In this document: positions 52,701 to 60,364 of the stretch, one piece after another
Numbering within the stretch: the stretch's first letter is position 1
Layout of the letters: every line of letters begins with the position of its first letter
Assembly (NCBI GenBank): GCA_040357565.1
Contig: JBDODJ010000067.1
Direction: 5' to 3' (one strand)
Origin: Cercozoa sp. M6MM
Lineage: Eukaryota; Protista; Endomyxa: Ascetosporea
Length of the DNA stretch: 60,364 bases
The notes under the pieces: model-generated
What the model saw: only the letters and a program-made list of their open reading frames with translations
Database searches by the model: none
Told to the model about the DNA's origin: nothing
Made by a program: the position numbers and the translations under genes

Positions 52701-55700
52701 CGAGTTTCTTTTTTGCTTGTGTCACTACCCAGGAAAGAAACGTTTGAATAAATAAGAGAGTGTTTTAGATATCAGACAGAAGGCACATTGTTGCAGTTCT
52801 TTGGGGCATTCATCTGGACAGATTAGCGATCCAAATGACGAGTTCAGTTGGATAAACGACAATCTGTTAGGAAGACATTACCGGATTGCTGCTGAAGTGT
52901 CGCAAGTGCTGTTTTAGTTTGCTCGAGTTGTTGTTGAAGCTCCTTCGCTTGTTGTTGCACTTAAGAAACCCACACTATAATTTGAGCTTGATGCCAATTT
53001 GGTTTTAACTTGAATTTACACGAGTGCTGGCCGTGTTCGAGTTGCTCAATCTGCGCTTGCAATCGCTCCTTTTCTGCGCAAGATAATTGCGTGCACAGGC
53101 GCAAACAACAAACTGAAGGATGATACAGTACCCTCTTCGCGGTCCTTGCCGAGTGTTGCTACTTGAGCTTCAAGAGCCGCCTTTTCTGGAAGAGAACAAC
53201 TTCAGCTACAAGCAGTAAATTATCAGAAGCAGTGAAAACAAATACCTTGTTTGGCCCGTTTCAGTGCATTAGTTCTCTCTCCTAAATAAATACAAACAGA
53301 TTTCTTGGGCTGTGTCGGGCTTAAACAAAAGTAAATACCAAGCTCGGTTTGCAGAGTTGATGACAGAGAAAGCACAACTGACCTCCTAAGTTCTGGTACC
53401 ATTTGTTGCTGCAAGATGCGTAGCTCTTCTTGCGTTGACTCTAGTCGCTGCTTTGTTTCGCCGAACTGGAAACAGTGATGCCATTAGTTTAACCAGTCCG
53501 AGTTTATGGAGTAAACTTACCTCCAGTTGCATATGACACTTGTGTCCTGTGGAATCAGAGTAGAGTCCACAGTTGTGTTGTACAAAGAGGACGGTTCGAC
53601 TGTACCAACATCGGCTCTTATTTCCTGGTTCAGACGTGCTGCAACAAATCAAACACGTTCACACAACAAGTGTTCTATCTCTCGAAACAGCAACGAATAT
53701 CTTTGGCAGGGTAAAGCTGAAGCCAGTACCCAGTTCGCCTTCAAGATTGGTCTAAACACTCACATTTAATTTGTAAAGAAAAGTAGCAAGTAGAAACAGG
53801 GGATGGCGTGATAGTTTACCAGGTGCGTTTCAAGAGCTCGCTTCTCATCCTCTGTTGCGTTGTTTTACTTAGTTTCGCCGTCATTTCCAGAAATTAAATA
53901 CTACCTAATGCCAGTCTTGCGTTCTCGCCGGTCCTCTGAACACAATACACGAGTTCAAAGCAGCGTAGCTTTTATTTCTTTTATCTAAGTTTAAAGCAGT
54001 TGAACTAATTCTGCTCGCAGCGCGTGTAGCTCCTCTTCTTTTTCTTGAAACTGAGTCTGTGAAATGCAAACACACGCATTAAGTTAAAGACTGCAGAAAA
54101 TGACTTACCGACTGTAGTTGCTGCCGCAGGAGGAGCTGTAAATTTAGAGGGTAGAAAATGTTGGAGCAGTGCTGGTTGAATAATGCAACGTTTACCACTT
54201 CTCGAGCCGTGTCTTCGAGATCATTTTTCACTAAAATAATACGATATGACAAAACACAGATACTCTAATTTAGTCCAACTTGGCCTTTTTCTCGTAAAGC
54301 ACAAGATACGTTGAACCTGCTGCTCGGTCCACTCTCGCTTGCGCTGTTCGCATGCGTCTTTGTCTGCTCGTAATATGTGGTATTTGCGACACTGCGACTT
54401 GCGGCTGAAACAAAACAAAACACACCAGCAGCAGCCGACTCGAGTAAGACCTCCAGCTCTAGTACGTTATGGTATTGCCATTCTATAGTTGTGCAAATTT
54501 AGTGCACCTTGCTGCGTTTGCGCGTGCTCACGCAGCGCACTGCCTGTGAACAGGTGACATGGCAGTCGAACATTGTAAATTTATTTGAAGATACCAAGCT
54601 GTTCGTTGAGGGTTTCATTCAGTTTAGTATAGCCATTCTAAGCAAAAGCAACACAACGCTTTTGAGCACATGTTGAGTCAGTTTATGTTTTAGGCTCTCT
54701 CACCAACTGCTGATGTAAGAGTTGAGCGTTGCTTTCGTTTCGATGGTTCAGTTCGGTCAGGCGCTGCAGTTCGGTGGTTTGTGCATCCTGGAGACAGTTC
54801 ATTAAACTTATTCGTTCCAATAAAACATAAAGACTGAAGGTATTGCATTGCACATTCGTACCAGTTTAGTTTGCAGTCTAACGGCGTCGCTGTGCGCTGA
54901 AGAACGAACAAAGCACATCCACCGCAATTAGGAAAATACAGGCACAATCACATTTGGAGCGTTCTTGCCGAAGACTGTCGATTTCTCCTTCCTTGTTTGC
55001 TGTCAAGCGCACAAAATTAAGTGAAAACTCAATAACGCCTTTCTACACTGTACCCAGTTGCGCCTGCAGTTCTCGCAACTGTCGCTCTGTCTCGTCCTGT
55101 TGTGAATAAAATTAAAACTGGGAGACAACTATATTGGGCAAATTAGTGATACCAGATGTGCCGCTCGTTGGTTGGATCGATCTAATGGATTTATCGAAAG
55201 TAGACTCGCTGATGTTGATTTGATTGAAACTTACCCACTTGTGTCGACAACTCTCGATTTCTACCTCTCTGCCCAAAGATGACAAGGCAGCGGTAGTATC
55301 GCAAAGGAGCCACCGTGGCAAGGCAAGTTTCGATACCTCTTGCTCTAGTTCTTCTTGTGCCGTGCCTGTAGATCATCAGCAGCGTAGTCGATTAAGCAAT
55401 TCTAGTTTTATTGGAGTTGCATGTGTATGTACTGTATTACCAAGCTGAGTACGCAAGGAGGCATTGCCTGCCTCGAGTTCGGTAATTCGTTCGTTCGCTT
55501 GGGCTGTCAATTTAAATACACTTGAGTTAATTAAATTTCATCAATTTAAACCAAGCTTGAAAGTTTGAAATGATGCGGCACCTAACTGCTGGAAGCAGTC
55601 GTCCTTTTCTTGCCGTGAAGTGCGTATCTGAGTTTCCAACAGAGCTGCTCGATCGAGTGCAAACGTAAATCAAGACAGGAAAGCAGTAAATTTAAACTTG

Positions 55701-56338
55701 CAGCCAACTGAACACAAGCAAGGCACCAAGCTGAGCATAGAGCGTGTCCAGTTCTTCTTCGTCTGTGTGCGTTTACATGGTAAACTTATTTCTTGAAATT
55801 TACGACTCAAACCGTCCTGAAACTTGAAAAACAAAACTGTACTTGGAGGTGTTTCAGTCGTGACGTCTGCTGTTCCAGTCACGGTGCCAGTGGCAGTATC
55901 GGCGACTGTTAGCACCAAGTTATTGAAACACCGAGATTTTTGTGGGTCAATTTCTGTACCTGGTGGTCCGCGCGGAGGTCCGTGTCTCGCTCGGTACCGA
56001 GGCTGCCGTCTCTATTTACAATATCATTTTGCTGAATGGACAGTACTGCTGAAAAACTGATGGAAATTACCCCAAAAGGCAGAAATCCGGTAACAGCGCG
56101 ACCTACTTCGCTCCAGTCGATACCCCCAGCTCCCTCAGTCTGTGAATTTAAACGCCGTCTGTGTAAAAGCTGTGTGTCTGGTATATTAAATGAAATCACT
56201 GACCGAGACAGGTGAACGTGGGAGCAGATCTCCTCCGGGCAGCACGTCTCCTCGGGGACTCGTAGGAGACCTATCACCGCTGCCGCTGGCAGACACGCAG
56301 TCAACTGCAAGCAGCAGCCACGCCAGCTGCCGCAACAT
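43708..56338 (-). CDS. Giant secreted/anchored coiled-coil protein encoded by roughly 100 very short exons
   Basis: Signal-like MLRQLAWLLLAVDCVSA (ATG 56338); long succession of 30-100 nt Q/E/L/R-rich exons (e.g. EKAELETRVVALGMDREE, FRETKQRLQSAEEELRSVQQQ) with ~50-70 nt GT-AG introns; ends ...VRVPM...TGGLAPP...ASSSAAASHRKAGILLTSVVPLLVARLLVQQ-TGA. Continuity as one gene is inferred, not traced exon by exon. Confidence 0.7.
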
Positions 56339-56928
56339 TCTCACTCACCTCAGTTTTCAACACAACTTACTCCACGAGTTGCTTCTCTGACAGTGGTCAC
56401 TTTCAGGCCTCACACATTCTAAGGGGCTCGCCACACACCTTGTGCAGACACACGCCATAAACTGGTCATTTTGCCAAACTGGGGCATAACTTGGCAGAGA
56501 GTAATCTGGACTGTCGTCGGGATCAGTGGCACCTGTGCGCTTTGTTACACTACACGCACGCACAATGTCAGAATCGCCGACACTGTCTTTAAGTTTAGTA
56601 TCGCTGAACTGTTTGTTGTATTATTGGGAACACACGAAACCACGATTAGAAAGCAAAAACAACGGGTGTCTAAACCTAAGTTTACAGAGTCTCAACGTAT
56701 CCGTAGCAGTGCAAGCACATCTATTGACCTTTCTGGAGTGAATTTGGACTATTGGCTTTCATGTGAACTGTTGCGCCTGTTCCTGCCTATTCAGTTCGTC
56801 CACGCGGCCAGCAGTTTGGATAAAACTGCCGAAAACGCGTGCTTGCGCACGCCTGTGTCACATACAGATTTGCAGAGTCTCGGGCATCTAGTAATTACAG
56901 CCGAACCGTTGTTGCAAAACTAAAAGAC

Positions 56929-59211
56929 ATGCCGGTGCGCTTGCTGCTATTGACGTTGCTGTTACTGACAAATCAGGCGGCAGCCTCAAGATTGGGAGAA
57001 TATTGGAAACGAACACAGCGAGGATTCAAAAGCGCTCTCGGAACGAAACCAGCGGCCACAGTACCTTAAATTTAGTTGCTGTACAAGTCAATTGCGCCCT
57101 CTAGTTCCCTGTTTCGACAGAAAGACACCACGTCATGGAGAAAGACAGCCAAAGCTCTGCTGACTGATTATACAGTAGGAATGCGGGTACAGCTGACTGT
57201 CAACTCATGTTTCTTCTATTTTTCCTGACTTTGTGTGTTTGAACCATAATTCCTGCTCCTGCAGTCGCACGAACGCAAAAAACCAAAGCTAGTAGGTACG
57301 TTTAATCACTTTTCTCCCCAGAGCAGATTGCTGAAAGCTAAAACTGAGTTTGTCGGCAGACGAGGGCACTCAGACAGACGCACAGCAGGACCTACGGACT
57401 CGAATCGGTACGAAAGCGCATAATTTACGCTTCCCTATTGGCCAGTAAGTTGTCCGAAATGATGTTGAATTTGGGTTGAACGCAGTGGCCCTGATGGAAC
57501 AGTTGAGAGATTGTGTACGAACTTAACTTTCTCTCGTGTGAACTGAAAGCAATGCCCCAATGAACTGTTTTTAGAAAGACGAAAATAAAGATCTAAAGCG
57601 TCAGTTTGGTACGAGTATGCTTTGGAGTGTTCTCCTTATTGTCACTTGCAGTGACCGACCTGGCGGTTTGACACAGATGACTGGCCGCAGCGGTTCGCCG
57701 AAGCTGAAGTACGGTCTTCTTCGCGATGCATGATGCCAGCTTCATTCATTTGTGCCAACACTCTCGTAGGAGAAGGCTATGGCTCGAGCTCGTGCCCATG
57801 CCACAGAAATGACAGAACAGAGTAACTTACTGACACTTAGTACTTTATTCTGGTGGAGTCAGAATAAACTGAGAACTGAACCTCTGTCTTTCGCAGTCCA
57901 GAAGAAAGTCGAAGAAACTGATCGACTACATGTAAATTTAGATTCAGTTTTTCCGATTCCTTGCTAATATCTCGAGTTGGTACGTTTTTTCAGGCTGAGG
58001 AGATGCAGGCTCTGCAGACTTTGCTTGGTGCAACTCACTCAAGTTGTTCCCGCACACCAGTTCATGTTTTGTATGCATATGGGATCAGACCAAGAACGCA
58101 AGACGCACGCCCAGGCTACGACTCGTTGTACACTCGCCTTGGCTACCTTTTTTAGTCGTCCCTTGTCTAAAATTGAAACTGCGTCCTCACTCTGTCAGTG
58201 CAAGAACGAATCAGAGAAATGGAAGCTAAACACGAGCGACAGGTAAGATATGTTTAATCAATTGAAACGCAATGCTATCAATATATTTGTAAAGCTGACG
58301 GAGGAAGCACATAGAAAACAAGACTCGCAGCGAGAGGGTACTTTACATTCTTTAAAAATCTACAGGCGAAGAGACCAGCGCTGGCAGTTTTGAAAGAACG
58401 CGAAGAGCACACCGAAGAAGCAACCCGTTGTACCAACTGAATTAATGCCTTCCAGGGACAACATACTGCAACTGGTGACTGTAGTGCGCGCAACTGTAGA
58501 TCGTTTGGAAGCAGAGTTGGTAGGCAAAACAAATGTTCGGTTCAACTTGAAAGAACTTACATCACAGGCGCAGCTCGCCACTGCAAACCGGTCAGTCGAA
58601 GTGCAACTCGCCGAAGCACGGCGCTTGTTGTCCCAGGAACACGAAGATAAAAGACGTAAGCAAACCCAAGGAGACAAGCAAGCCGAAAGTCTATCTCTGT
58701 TGGAGAGTAAACTGACTAGTCTCCTCTCTGTCTCTGTCGAATGACTGGTGGCACTGTTTGCAGCTCGACTCGCCCAGTGCTTCCAAGAGAACAGCCACAA
58801 AGGTGCGTAAGACTCTTCGGTGACAAGAAACTGCAATTCTTCGTGTTGTGCAGACCAGACCTTGCAGAAGCAACAGCTCGATTTGCGAGATTGCCAAACA
58901 CGTGAGCTTTCTCTTTTCGGCGTAAATTTAGTGAGCTCACTTCTATCGTGCGAAATGTAGAGCTGCACCAACTTCAGCAGCAACAGCAACAGAAACAAAT
59001 CCGAGTGCCAACGTCAGCTCGAGTTCCAATGCGTCTGCCAGCTGCAACGGTTGCAGTGGAACCTGGTCCAACTGGTGGCTTGGCACCTCCCAGTATCGAT
59101 GTCCGCGCTGCTGTGCAAAAACGCTTGACGACTTCCGATTCTCCACCAAAGTCGAAATATGTCACCTTCATGTCGTCTTTACTCCTGCTCGTGGCACTCA
59201 TCTGGCTCTAA
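56929..59211 (+). CDS. Secreted coiled-coil protein with C-terminal hydrophobic (GPI/TM-like) tail; short relative of the adjacent giant gene
   Basis: Signal MPVRLLLLTLLLLTNQAAA; short coiled-coil exons (VRATVDRLEAEL, VEVQLAEARRLL); last exon ...ARVPM...TGGLAPP...YVTFMSSLLLLVALIWL-TAA. Confidence 0.75.
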
Positions 59212-59537
59212 CTTACTACAGGCATCGCCGAAACTGAATGTCTGCTGTACAATATTACGGCCTATAATTTAACTGAGTTCGAATTCCAGTCAGAACTCAG
59301 AACGGTCACTTATGATGTGTCCTTCTGTACGTTAAGTACTATATCGCATCAGTTTAGACTCAGGGCTGTCAAATATCTATCAAACAAGTTTTACAGCTGG
59401 AAGGAATATGGCGCAAAACTGAACGAAAACTGAACACCTGTGGCTTGCAGAAGGTTCAGTTTCTCGAGTTTGGACATCTTAGTTGAAATGGCTAGCGCAG
59501 CTGTACTGGCACTCTCAGCTAATATTGCAACGTTAGT

Positions 59538-60316
59538 ATGCGCGTGTGGTTGCTATCTAAAGTGCTGCTGTCGACGTTGGTATTGGCCAAGGTGCCAAGC
59601 CCGCCTGTTAAGCCGACAGCACTCGGCGAGCCCCTCTTGCCGCCCGGGTCGCGATTTGAAGGAATCGAAGCGGGCTGCCAAAGTTGTAAAACTGCTTTCA
59701 AGTTGATTCTATACAGTATCAGCTGGTTGATGCCATTTGAAAAGAAACCTGAAACAAAATTGACCCAGTCGAAACCACGTCGCGGTCAAGACTGGAGGGA
59801 CGCGATCAAAGCTTGCTCACTGGCGTTAGTGTGTCAGCTCGGGTACCGTTCAGTGTATACGCTCTACTGTATTTAAACTTACACAGCCACACGGGAGCGG
59901 CCCCACTGTGAGTAAAGTCGATCTACTGAAACTAAAGGCTAAAATAGGTACCATACTTGTACTAAGTGTCAAAAACAATGAGCACCCCTGGGTATGAGCA
60001 GACCAACTGCAACAACAGACAACGCAACTCGAGAGCGAATTGTATGCATATGTAAACTACGCTATCACTCAGGGAGTCATGCATCCTTTACAGCACTCCT
60101 TTGTGTGAGAACACTAACAGACAAGCGCGACTCGTAAGCGTGCGCACTCGGAGTCGGAGAGCAAACAGCACTGAAGAGTGTAATGCCCCTGGTCCCTGTC
60201 CATACAGTTGGCACCATGAAGGTTCTTGCGGTTCACTATCTGTTCAAACGCTCCTATCCGAGTTAATCAATCTTTCGGGTACCCAATACTTCTTTCTCGG
60301 CAATGCTCGGGTCTGA
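59538..60316 (+). CDS. Secreted hypothetical protein, possibly saposin-like (CxxC)
   Basis: Signal MRVWLLSKVLLSTLVLA, GCQSCKTAFKLILYSI, further Cys; 3' exon structure and end uncertain. Confidence 0.45.
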
Positions 60317-60364
60317 AGGAACGCAGCGCAACTGCACGCACATGCGGGCTTTTGATCTACACTC

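Overview
Eukaryotic (protist-like) genomic scaffold, gene-dense and extremely intron-rich. Introns are mostly 40-200 nt GT-AG with weak donor consensus, many filled with low-complexity repeats; there are three 100-N gaps inside CA/GT microsatellites. Gene models were spliced by eye, so internal boundaries are approximate. Recognisable genes: PEX5 (5'-truncated), a small GFRP-like protein, alkaline ceramidase, three Cys-rich secreted proteins (one with an ALK/LTK-type Gly-rich domain, one with a beta-helix-like region), a 4-TM protein, a tandem pair of cAMP-receptor-like GPCRs, an RS/polyQ protein, an S8A subtilisin, a DXD glycosyltransferase and a DAG-lipase-like class 3 lipase. Best candidates for novelty: (1) a ~7.0 kb unit (5033-12054) bounded by imperfect inverted repeats, holding two convergent intron-rich genes, an ISXO2/Merlin-type DDE transposase and a large protein with a DNase I-fold (EEP) domain plus a split zinc ribbon; a ~650 bp inverted-repeat element at 36.3-36.9 kb has similar TA(A/G)CC ends; (2) a head-to-head pair of signal-peptide/coiled-coil/hydrophobic-tail genes (43.7-59.2 kb) sharing an RVPM...TGGLAPP motif just before the tail, the larger built from roughly 100 tiny, frequently phase-1 exons.
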